DNA of 63,749 nucleotides, filler included, from Octopus bimaculoides (lineage: Eukaryota), in the NCBI RefSeq assembly GCF_001194135.2. It is 7 parts of 6 records of this genome, joined end to end, with 100 filler letters (N's around TTAATTAATTAA, not from the genome) between each part and the next. Parts side by side here need not be neighbours in the genome. Positions count along the whole stretch, not along the records: positions 52,358 to 54,115 come from NC_069003.1; positions 54,216 to 63,749 come from NC_069000.1; 5 more parts are not named here. One strand, 5' to 3'. A program made the position numbers and the translations under genes. Shown here one piece after another: positions 52,612 to 63,749 of this stretch (positions within the stretch are counted from its first letter, which is position 1; each line of letters starts with the position of its first letter). The notes under the pieces are model-generated. The model did no database searches, was not told the origin of the DNA, and saw only the letters and a program-made list of their open reading frames with translations.

Positions 52612-52895
52612 AGGAAGGACAGGAAAATATTAGATTTATAAGCCCTAAAATTCAATCTATCATTGCCCATGGGCATATGGTATAGTGGTTAGGAGCACAG
52701 GCTATTAACCCCAAGATTTCGAGTTCGATTCCAGGCACCGACCTGAATAATAATAATAATAATAATAACATCGAAAAATACCTTAGGTTCGAAATTTCCC
52801 CCAAGACACCTGATGAAGGCTGGAGAGTATATCAACCGAAACGTTGTGTTAAGAACAAACAAAATGAGGATAAATATCCGCCAAATGTACATAAT
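52612..52895 (+). mobile_element. PLE terminal repeat: tRNA-derived head (52671-52744), (TAA)n, hammerhead motif (52805-52850)
   Basis: A-box-like TGGTATAGTGG and B-box GAGTTCGATTCC. Then gacac-CTGATGA-a-ggctg...caacc-GAAA-CG-TT-gtgtt. Confidence 0.8.
52805..52850 (+). ncRNA. minimal type I hammerhead ribozyme motif
   Basis: Core CUGAUGA...GAAA with one extra A. Stem I gacac/gtgtt, stem II ggctg/caacc (one mismatch), self-complementary ACGU stem III. Predicted GUU cleavage after 52845. Activity untested. Confidence 0.7.
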
Positions 52896-55369
52896 ACCTC
52901 ACCTTTTAAATGTGTTATTAGATTCAGTAAGATGTTTAATTTTTTCCGTTTTCATGTTTATTAATTTTTTTCATTTTTTTGTTTTATTTAGGGTTAAACA
53001 ATTATGTTTTAATTAGGGGAGATAACCCAATTTTTTAGTGAGGGTGAGATAACCAAAAAATACCGAGGAAAAATTATAGCGATATTAATGCAAGAATTTA
53101 AACACAAATACTTTCTATACAATCTGCAGCAAAAAATACACTACTTGCGCAGCATTGCTTGGAATTCCCATACGTATTAAATGACCTCATCACTTTTTAA
53201 AAAAAAATATTTGACGTTGAATAAAGATTTGCCTATTTGATGTTTTTATCATTCTTTTTCGTTTTTCTTTTCTGTTTTTTTTTTAAATGTTGATATAATA
53301 CACTTTATTATTGTCCGTGAGGTGGATTTTTCCTACGGCAAATTTTCCCACGGCAAAAATGTTTACGGTGAATTTTCCGGACGCTTTTTTTCTTTTTCTT
53401 TTTTTCTGTTCACTAAATGCAATTACAGTAAGGTTGTTCATACCAGGCATGTACCATCAGTAATTACTCAGGGTAGGCAGTTGGTAACGTTTATGTAGTA
53501 AAACATAAAAAAACAAGCGAAACACAGGCGCGCGACTGAGTTGTATGCAGATTTACTTCTGCCTTTATAGTACGTAAAGAAAACGTTGTTGTAGGAATGT
53601 GCTACAGCAATCCTATGCGTAGCTTTAATACTGAGGTTAAAAGCAGGGGCGAATTATGCCTGCCTAATCTACAAATTTGAGTTGAGGTATGCCTCTGTGT
53701 GTGTGTGTGTGTGCGTACTGTCACTAGACGTTCAGTCAACCGTGTCAGTCTTAACCTACGACGCCAAACATTATCACTTGATACTAAAACACGGACGTGG
53801 CGGGGGAACTTACAAAAGTTTCTAAGACCAGTCATGTGACTATCCTCCATCAATCAAACCCTATCCAAAACATATTCTAATTTGAGCCATGAACTCACTG
53901 GGAAAATAAGACAAACTTCAAACACTAGTCAAAAGCAAGACAGAAGCGATATATAAGCCACGTCTTCCTATTTCAACGTTTTGAAAATCATTATAATCTG
54001 TGAAACCGGTTAAATCTTTAAATGTAATTAAAAAATATTTTAACTGTTCTCAGTGCATTTTCAACTTCTATTTTTCCTATATTTCTACCCGTGTGAAATA
54101 AAATAACTTTGTTTTNNNNNNNNNNNNNNNNNNNNNNNNNNNNNNNNNNNNNNNNNNNNTTAATTAATTAANNNNNNNNNNNNNNNNNNNNNNNNNNNNN
54201 NNNNNNNNNNNNNNNTACATACATACATACACATACATACATACATACATACATACATACGTACGTAAATACATACATACATACACATACATACATGCAT
54301 ATATACATACATACGTACGTAAATACATACATACATACACATACATACATACATACATACATACACATACATACATACATACATATATACATACATACAT
54401 ACATACATACATACATACGTACGTAAATACATACATACATACACATACATACATACATACATACATACACACCTATACAGATACATACGCGGTGGTTACC
54501 GATTCGTCAGTTGCCGACTACCTACCGTATTGATGGAGGAAAGGATCAGTGACTACAGGATGTAGAATTCCTTTTAAAGGTAACAAGTGATTAGCAATTA
54601 TTTGTGGTAGTTATGGCATTGCTATTCGTCGTTTGCAACTGCCTGCTCGTTCAGAATAGCAGCCTGACTGGCTACATACATCACTATAAGTTGATACACT
54701 CGCATACGCACACACCAACACACGCAAAACACACAAACAAACAAACACATGCCAACGCATATATTGGATTTTATTGAAATCTGAAGACTTCACCAGATTT
54801 TAGTCAGTTCTTTTCCATTTTGATCGCCTTCTTAGCAATCAAAATGTCAGTGTCTTCAAACAGTTTTTATTTCTCGATGATCAAGCTCCGTCACATGAGA
54901 ATTTATTGCAGCAACAAGACAATTTACGCTGCAGGAAGTCCTTCGTTTACTCTGCAACTAGGAGTTAATCCCAGAACATTATTCTCAATAGGAGAATAAA
55001 AAAAAACAACAACTTGAAAAGCTAAGATTAAATCGTGCCAATATATTAAGTATCAAATGGATAGCAGTTAGTGGTTAAAAGTGCTATTAACATGACACAC
55101 ACATGGATACGAGTGTGATTCTCAAAGCAACTGGCGTAGGGGTTTTAGACATGGAAATGATACTGTAAGTAATTAGGAAATTTTCCTAAATCTACCAAGC
55201 AAGCTGAATAAAATGATTGAAGAGGCAGTTAGCTATTGATGAATATATGTATGAAAGAAACGAGAGCCGGAAGAGCCAAAGGATATCATTTTAAAGCATT
55301 ATGGTGTTGAACACTTCGAAACTGAAAGAGAAACCTTTTTTTTATTAAAACCGGTGAAAGGGCTGAGAA

Positions 55370-55545
55370 CTGGGAGAATGGTTAGCACGCCGGGCGAAAT
55401 GCTTAACGGTATTTCATCCGCCGCTACGTTGTGAGTTCAAATTCCGCCGAGGTCGACTTTGTCTTTTACTCTTTCGGGATCGCTGAAATAAGTACCAGTT
55501 ACAACTATCTGCACACCTTGCCCACAAATGTTCAAGGCCTTGTGC
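55370..55545 (+). mobile_element. SINE family B, tail interrupted by a family E copy
   Basis: gttagcacgccgggcgaaatgc...gagttcaaattccgccgaggtcgac. Confidence 0.8.
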
Positions 55546-55550
55546 TAGAG

Positions 55551-55920
55551 TTGTTGTTGTTGGCACTCCGTCGCTTACGACGTCGAGGGTTCCAGTTGAT
55601 GCGATCAACGGAACAGCCTGCTCTTGAAATTAACGTGCAAGTGCCTGAGCACTCCACAGACACGAGTACCCTTATCGTAGTTCTCGGGGATATTCAGCGT
55701 GACACAGTGTGACAAGGCTGACCCTTTGAATTACAGGCACAACAGAAACAGGAAGTAAGAGTGAGAGAAAGTTGTGGTGGAAGAGTACAGCAGGGTTCGC
55801 CACCATCCTCTGCCGGAGCCTCGTGGAGCTTTAGGTGTTTTCGCTCAATAAACACTCACAATGCCCGGTCTGGGATTCGAAACCGTGATCCTATGACCGC
55901 GAGTCCGCTGCCCTAACCAC
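55551..55920 (-). mobile_element. SINE family E, 5'-truncated, inserted in a family B tail
   Basis: High similarity to 15691-16037. Flanked by near-duplicate cttgtgctagag / cttgtgcctagag. Confidence 0.88.
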
Positions 55921-57366
55921 TTGTGCCTAGAGTAGAAATAAAATATTTAGCATGATTTCTTTTAGCTTTTTTATGTTCTGAGTTCAAATGCTGCCGAGGC
56001 CTACTTTGCCTTTAAATATTTCGGGTTTGATAAAACAGGGACCGGTCAAACACTGAGGTCGATGTAATGTAATCAACCAGCCTGCGTCCCCAAAAATTCC
56101 AGACCTTGACCCTATAACAGAAAGAAACAGAATATGCATCTTCGTTTATGTATTGCTGTTGTAAGGCAAAAAAAAAAAAAAATTCTAATACAGAAATTAG
56201 CTGAATCGTTGGAGCTCTGGAAAATACCTCGAACACTTGAGTCATACCGGTGTCATCGTTATCTTTTGCCCTTCCTTGGTCAGTGAAATAAAGTACCAGT
56301 CAAGCCCCTCCTCTCATAATTGCCATCATGTGCCAAAACCAGAAATAATAATTTATTGCAAATTCTCCCCCTGTCATGTGCTATAATGGATTTTTTTTTT
56401 CTGTACAGGATTCTAGCTGATTAAACTCACGCGCTTGGTTTTCTCGTTAAATCTCATGAATAGTTGCACAACCAGGCAAAATGTGAAAATCTTCAATTTA
56501 TAATTATGTGCCATCTCTGATGAAAAAATTTGAACTTATCGGGCATGGCTATTTAAGAGTGCTAGAACGGTGGTGTCGAAATGCCTGTTATAATAATTAG
56601 GATTTCCTCGTGTTTCGAAAACATTGGTAATATTAGATACAACAACGGAAAGATATGTTATTAAGAATGAATAGAGATCGAAATAAACGAAAACAATTAT
56701 TACCTGAATGAGAATGTAGAAGAAGGGAAATGAAAGTTTAGAGGAAATGAAAGGGCAGAAAGCGAAAATATTAAAACGAAATGACTTGGGAGAGATGGAA
56801 GGATGAAAGGAATAGAGTGTTTGTGAAAAAGAATAGGAACAAGGTAAGGTCTTAGAGAAGATATTTGAGAAGGGGAAAGAGAAAGGAGGCGAGGAGACAG
56901 AGAAATGAAGAGAGAGAGAGAGAGAGAGAGAGAGAAGGGAAGTGAAAGAGAAAGAGTGAGAGAGACATAGAGGAACAGAGATAGATATGGATAGATAGAG
57001 AGAGAGAGAAAGAGAAATTAATATGAGGTTGCAAGTAATCGGAATTAAGGAGAGAGAAGAAAGATAATGTGAAAAATTGAAAAAAAGGTTGAAAATAGAA
57101 AAGTACAAAAAAAAAATAATAACAGGAAGATAATGAAGAATGTGAAAAGGAAAATAACAAAAATGGGGAGGAACGTAAATACAGTGAGAAAGAGAGAGGG
57201 ATGGTGAGAGAGGGAGAAAGAGAGAAAGGACGGGAGGAAGTGGTAAAAAGAGGTAGTGAGGAAGAGAGTAGATGAGACTGAGAATGGGAAGAAGAGTGAA
57301 TAAAGAAATGGAGTGAGAGAGAGAGAGGATAGCTAAGGAGCCTTAAAGCGAAAAACAGAGACAGTG

Positions 57367-57453
<87 letters not shown>

Positions 57454-58591
57454 TATATATACGTGTGTGTGCGCGCGCAATCTCAAAGACGAATCAAAAT
57501 TTAAAAATAGAAATATGCAACTAAATCAACAGAGGTTAGTGAATAGAAAGAGAAAAGAGAGGAAAAAGATAAAAACTAAAATGTGATTTACGAGAGATGA
57601 TCTAAAAAAACAAAAAAAAACAAAAAAATACGATGTAATCAAAACCGTCCAATGTTTTTTTTTTTTAAACTTTTTTTCATCTCAATACATCTCTTCTTGG
57701 ACTTAATAACAACCCTAAAGGGAATCTACTCGAAAGCTGGATGCACTGAGTATAGTTAATTAGCAAACAATCACAATAGCGCGAACGTTTCGTTTTCCTT
57801 GAAAGAAAATGCTGCATAAACCTTGGTTAGTTATGTACGTTGACATAAAATACACGATCAACGTGACTAATTCTCTTCCGCAATGCTTCTTCTTGCTTTA
57901 TGTCATTGATTTATTATCAGGAATGAAATAAGCTATAAAACCAGTATTGATGCTGGTGTTAGTGGTAGTGGTGGTGGTGGTGGTGGTTGTGGTGAGGAAT
58001 CATTAGAAGGAGAAAGAAAGGAACTAAGATGGAGGAAAGGCATTGTATGTATGCGGTTGAGCATGTTCCATGAGGATCATAATTTTGTATTGAGAAATGA
58101 GGTGATGCATGCAGCAATGATACAGGCTACATTGCTTAAAATCAAATTTCGTATTCATTAAAATAATTTACTGTCAAAGATTACAATCGAGTGACATCCA
58201 ATGCTATACTAATATAGGGCTTTATACAATAAATCGGTGGATATAAAGCAGAAAACTGAAGGTAATACATGAGGCTGATCTACACATTTCTGAGGGTTTG
58301 CGTCTCGTAAGCAAGATCATAATTCAGCGCTGTTAACGAAACTGAACCCAAGTATTTCGTTACTAGTTCAATATCTTCTGAAATGGCGAATTTACTTTAT
58401 CTAAAGTGGGTGGGATTTCGCTTCGAAACTTTTGGAATCGATGAAAATGTGCCCTAGGCGCAGGTGGGATTATGTCGTTAGAAGCTTGCATCTTGTGTTC
58501 AGTCCTATTGCCCGGCACCTTGAGCACGTGTCTTTCACTATGGCCCCAGAGTCAAGCAAAGTTTTCTGAGTGAATTTGGTAGGTACCCATA

Positions 58592-58628
<37 letters not shown>

Positions 58629-59603
58629 NNNNNNNNNNNNNNNNNNNNNNNNNNNNNNNNNNNNNNNNNNNNNNNNNNNNNNNNNNNNNNNNNNNNNNNN
58701 NNNNNNNNNNNNNNNNNNNNNNNNNNNNNNNNNNNNNNNNNNNNNNNNNNNNNNNNNNNNNNNNNNNNNNNNNNNNNNNNNNNNNNNNNNNNNNNNNNNN
58801 NNNNNNNNNNNNNNNNNNNNNNNNNNNNNNNNNNNNNNNNNNNNNNNNNNNNNNNNNNNNNNNNNNNNNNNNNNNNNNNNNNNNNNNNNNNNNNNNNNNN
58901 NNNNNNNNNNNNNNNNNNNNNNNNNNNNNNNNNNNNNNNNNNNNNNNNNNNNNNNNNNNNNNNNNNNNNNNNNNNNNNNNNNNNNNNNNNNNNNNNNNNN
59001 NNNNNNNNNNNNNNNNNNNNNNNNNNNNNNNNNNNNNNNNNNNNNNNNNNNNNNNNNNNNNNNNNNNNNNNNNNNNNNNNNNNNNNNNNNNNNNNNNNNN
59101 NNNNNNNNNNNNNNNNNNNNNNNNNNNNNNNNNNNNNNNNNNNNNNNNNNNNNNNNNNNNNNNNNNNNNNNNNNNNNNNNNNNNNNNNNNNNNNNNNNNN
59201 NNNNNNNNNNNNNNNNNNNNNNNNNNNNNNNNNNNNNNNNNNNNNNNNNNNNNNNNNNNNNNNNNNNNNNNNNNNNNNNNNNNNNNNNNNNNNNNNNNNN
59301 NNNNNNNNNNNNNNNNNNNNNNNNNNNNNNNNNNNNNNNNNNNNNNNNNNNNNNNNNNNNNNNNNNNNNNNNNNNNNNNNNNNNNNNNNNNNNNNNNNNN
59401 NNNNNNNNNNNNNNNNNNNNNNNNNNNNNNNNNNNNNNNNNNNNNNNNNNNNNNNNNNNNNNNNNNNNNNNNNNNNNNNNNNNNNNNNNNNNNNNNNNNN
59501 NNNNNNNNNNNNNNNNNNNNNNNNNNNNNNNNNNNNNNNNNNNNNNNNNNNNNNNNNNNNNNNNNNNNNNNNNNNNNNNNNNNNNNNNNNNNNNNNNNNN
59601 NNN

Positions 59604-59654
<51 letters not shown>

Positions 59655-59657
<3 letters not shown>

Positions 59658-60075
59658 TAAGGCCAATAGGCTGGATGTAGTTGTTAGAGATCACCAAGAA
59701 AAACATGCTTTCTAATCGATGTATCAATACCAATAGATGACAATGTTCCTCTCAAAGAAACGGAGTAACTCTCGAAAGACAAAGATATGTAAATAGAGGT
59801 AACTCGAAAGTAGAGCCTAAAAACAGAAGCAATTCCTATCATAGTAGGCACATTAGGTATGGTGTATTAAAAAAGAAGCATTCAGACATATACATAACAA
59901 AAAGACAATTATATATAACACAGAAAATAGCACTAGTCGACACATTACACATCCTACGTAAAACACTATCAATGCAGTGAATATAAGAGCACCACAACAA
60001 ACCACGGCTCATACCCAAGGCACACAGAGTTGCGCTCGGTAGTGAAGTGAAAGCACGTGAAAAAGATAAGACAAA
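59655..60075 (+). mobile_element. R4/Dong-like element 3' end with 3' UTR
   Basis: IKANRLDVVVRDHQEK and AIPIIVGTLG. 3' UTR shared with the copies at 61196 and 63460. Confidence 0.75.
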
Positions 60076-60104
60076 TGCATGAACAAATAAAATGAAATAA
60101 TTAT

Positions 60105-60290
60105 AATTCTTTCTACTGGAGGCACAAGGCCTGAGATTTGGGGGAGGGGTCTAATCGACAATATCGACCACAGTGTTTCATTCGACTCCGAAGGATGAAA
60201 AGGAAAGTCGACATCGGCGGAATTCGAACTCGGAACGTAATGACGGGGCAGCGTTTCGTGCAGCGTACTAACGATTCTACCATCTCATCA
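60105..60290 (-). mobile_element. SINE family B
   Basis: ggatgaaaaggaaagtcgacatcggcggaattcgaactcggaacgta...ctaacgattct. Confidence 0.75.
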
Positions 60291-60292
60291 CC

Positions 60293-60400
<108 letters not shown>

Positions 60401-60629
60401 CAATACCTATTGTCATAGGTGCCCTGGGAATGACAGCGAAACGGGCTGATTACTACCTAGCTCAGATACCAGGAAACCCCAAAATGGCTGAAGTTCAAAA
60501 GATAGTGTTCATGGCAACTGCCCATATTGTACGTAAAATACTGTCTATGTGATCTCAAATTTTAAAACAAACACATAATTTTCTTATGGTTTCTTAAACA
60601 TTCTCCTGAACAACACTATGTACAAATCC
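60401..60629 (+). mobile_element. 5'-truncated R4/Dong-like 3' end (second family) directly after a long (TAA)n
   Basis: IPIVIGALG and YLAQIPGNPKMAEVQKIVFMATAHIVRKILSM*. Confidence 0.7.
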
Positions 60630-61195
60630 NNNNNNNNNNNNNNNNNNNNNNNNNNNNNNNNNNNNNNNNNNNNNNNNNNNNNNNNNNNNNNNNNNNNNNN
60701 NNNNNNNNNNNNNNNNNNNNNNNNNNNNNNNNNNNNNNNNNNNNNNNNNNNNNNNNNNNNNNNNNNNNNNNNNNNNNNNNNNNNNNNNNNNNNNNNNNNN
60801 NNNNNNNNNNNNNNNNNNNNNNNNNNNNNNNNNNNNNNNNNNNNNNNNNNNNNNNNNNNNNNNNNNNNNNNNNNNNNNNNNNNNNNNNNNNNNNNNNNNN
60901 NNNNNNNNNNNNNNNNNNNNNNNNNNNNNNNNNNNNNNNNNNNNNNNNNNNNNNNNNNNNNNNNNNNNNNNNNNNNNNNNNNNNNNNNNNNNNNNNNNNN
61001 NNNNNNNNNNNNNNNNNNNNNNNNNNNNNNNNNNNNNNNNNNNNNNNNNNNNNNNNNNNNNNNNNNNNNNNNNNNNNNNNNNNNNNNNNNNNNNNNNNNN
61101 NNNNNNNNNNNNNNNNNNNNNNNNNNNNNNNNNNNNNNNNNNNNNNNNNNNNNNNNNNNNNNNNNNNNNNNNNNNNNNNNNNNNNNNNNNNNNNN

Positions 61196-61538
61196 AAATG
61201 GAAAAACTTTCAAAATACAAAGACCTGGAAATAGAGATAACTCGAATGTGGAATCTAAAAACAGAAACAATTCCTATCATAGTAGGTGCCTTAGGTATAA
61301 TAAAAAAATATTCAAACAAATACATAACAAAAATACCAGGACTTACAAATATATATAACATACAGAAAATTGCACTACTGGGTACTGCACACATTCTACG
61401 CAAAACACTTTCAATACAGTAAACATAAGAGCACCACAGCAAACCACAGCACATACCCAAGGCGCACAGAGCTGCGCTCGGTAGTGAAGTGAAAGCACGT
61501 TATAAAATTAAAACTACTGAATAATAATAATAATAATT
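61196..61538 (+). mobile_element. young R4/Dong-like element 3' end with (TAA)n tail
   Basis: Open frame EKLSKYKDLEIEITRMWNLKTETIPIIVGALG...IQKIALLGTAHILRKTLSIQ*, then 3' UTR and taataataa. Confidence 0.85.
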
Positions 61539-61896
61539 CTAAGAAGAAGAATAAGAGTGGTCAGATAGGATGATTCGAAGTGGGAAATTAGAAGACTGCG
61601 GTCATTAAAGCCAAGTGTCATACTTAATACTGGAAACTTAGGAACTCTAAATTCCAAGCCCACAAAAGGGGCCGAAAATGTGGTGTGTGTGTGTGAAGAG
61701 AGAGCACCTACAAAAAGGAAGAAAGGCAAAGCAGTGTTCTTTGGAACTGTATGACTCCTTCGCATAGTTCTTGAGATACCAACGTGACGTTTAATTTGCG
61801 GAAAGGTGACACCTTGTTACATTCTCCAGTGAAATTGCTTTTGTTAAAAAAAAAACAACAACGACAATAACAACAACAATAATGTTGATGATGATA

Positions 61897-61939
<43 letters not shown>

Positions 61940-62759
61940 CGATGCCTGTGGAAATTCCACTTCAGTTTTGAAAACAATAAAAATGCTGAAAGTTCGCAGA
62001 AACCCGAGAAATAATTAAAAAAGGTTTTCCTGAAGCTTTTTTCTTTTTTTTTTTTGTTTCATAATAAAATGCACTGTCCTCGCTGATAACAGAATAAAGG
62101 CATCTTATAATTATTCGCTTCGAATATCATTAAAATGTCTGCAAACGATACTTAACTAACGACTCAAGACTTGGACGTATAAAGTAGACACAGGTGATAG
62201 ATCTACTTAAGGAATGAATATATTTTACATCAGGATTTTTCAACACCATAGAATATACTAGTTTGTTGTAATAAATCACGGCATCTACTGAAGGCGCACA
62301 ACCTGCAGCGATTAATGAAGTCAACGCACACAAAATAAAATTGCTGATATAAATTAATAATGGCTACCATAGACGCAGTCATAGTTGTGTCGTTAACTAG
62401 ATCGCTTTCTCTTTCTAACCACGTGGTATTGGGTTCAGTTCAACAGCGTAGCCCGTCGGACATTATTTATGCAATAACCTGATATATTCTGAGATTCTAC
62501 TTCGTTATCCTGTGAGACAGTACAGTATATTAAGGAGAAATTTATAAATTAGTGGCAGACAGGTGATAGGTCGCGGGCTAGAATGGGTTATCTGTTTAAG
62601 TGGGCGAGTAATAACTGGAAGTGCAGTATGTCAAATAACAGCCACAAAACGATATGAATGCTGTCAACAGAGTTGTTTAATTTTCACAACTGTCAAAAAG
62701 TCGTGTCGCAAGAGATTCTACGTACGACAGCCTGCGTCAAGACAGAGAAGGAGAAAAAG

Positions 62760-62858
<99 letters not shown>

Positions 62859-63054
62859 AATACTAACTATCAATGTGTGATGTCATGAATGGCATAGGAA
62901 TTTCATCTGAATATTTACAATGCTGTGATATAATTGTGAATAATAAATGTGGTGTGTCACCAGTTGACCAGATACTCGGTATCAAGATGACATTGGATGA
63001 TGCTAAAAGCTGCCATTCAAAACCTTAGTATATTCTCTTTATTTCTCCATACAG

Positions 63055-63218
63055 GAGCAGGCGTGTCTGTGTGGTAAGAAGATCGCTTCCCAACTACATG
63101 GTTCCAGGTTCAGTCCCACTGAGTGGCACCTAGGACACGTGTCTTCTACTACAGCCTCGGGCCGACTAAATTCTCGTGGGTGAATTTGGTAGACGGAAAC
63201 TGAAAGAAGCTCGTTGTA
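63055..63218 (+). mobile_element. SINE family A, 5' half
   Basis: gcaggcgtgtctgtgtggtaag...ggttcagtcccactg...gacggaaactgaaagaagc. Confidence 0.8.
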
Positions 63219-63393
63219 TGTAAAAATGAATTAGACTGACATGTTTATTTTGAATCTGTGGAAGGCACACGAGATGCCGAAATATAGTTCAACTACAAAT
63301 AAATATCTGTTACTTTCGAATCACGATTTTCGTCATTAATGTTTGCGTTAGTGATGGATTGTGTCAATCGTTTTACAAGTAAAGAACTCTTCT

Positions 63394-63394
63394 C

Positions 63395-63461
<67 letters not shown>

Positions 63462-63749
63462 TAGTTTTATTTTTATAACGTGCTTTCACTTCACTACCGA
63501 GCGCAGCTCTGTGCGCCTTGGGTATGTGCTGTGGTTTGCTGTGGTGCTCTTATGTTTACTGTATTGAAAGTGTTTTGCGTAGAATGTGTGCAGTACCCAG
63601 TAGTGCAATTTTCTGTATGTTATATATATTTGTAAGTCCTGGTGTTTTTGTTATGTATTTGTCTGAATATTTTTTTATTATACCTAAGGCACCTACTATG
63701 ATAGGAATTGTTTCTGTTTTTAGATTCCACATTCGAGTTATCTCTATTT
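63394..63749 (-). mobile_element. young R4/Dong-like element 3' end, inverted near-identical copy of 61196-61538
   Basis: Reverse complement matches 61231-61520 almost exactly. Ends in a long (TTA)n run. Confidence 0.85.

Noticed and set aside
52671-52744. tRNA gene (also the heads at 9297, 15960 and 27250)
   Set aside because: Acceptor and T stems do not pair properly, and each head is embedded in a repeat. These are tRNA-derived promoters.

Overview
Eukaryotic, AT-rich, repeat-dense genomic DNA. The extreme microsatellite density and the SINE/LINE families look like an octopus (coleoid cephalopod) genome; that assignment is inference from memory, not a search. One protein-coding gene is well supported: Mpv17 on the minus strand. 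Its two coding exons (12738-12810 and 8609-8721) splice in frame, and their intron positions match human MPV17 as I recall it. I found no further Mpv17 exons in 1-8608. The rest is mostly tRNA-headed SINEs, decayed RTE LINEs, R4/Dong-like retroelement 3' ends, a decayed mariner, MITE-like palindromes, mini- and microsatellites, and N gaps. Six gaps carry an artificial TTAATTAATTAA linker, so adjacency across them is uncertain. The most interesting system is a Penelope-like element whose terminal repeat combines a tRNA-derived Pol III promoter with a minimal type I hammerhead ribozyme. It occurs five times: once directly after a GIY-YIG ORF tail, and as two head-to-head inverted pairs, one of them in an Mpv17 intron. 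Other leads are a young MITE carrying inverted TTAGGG repeats, structured non-coding elements with exon-like segments inside Mpv17 intron 2, a miRNA-like hairpin, and a 48/51-bp minisatellite with a long open frame. Nearly all long ORFs in the track are microsatellite or N-run artefacts.
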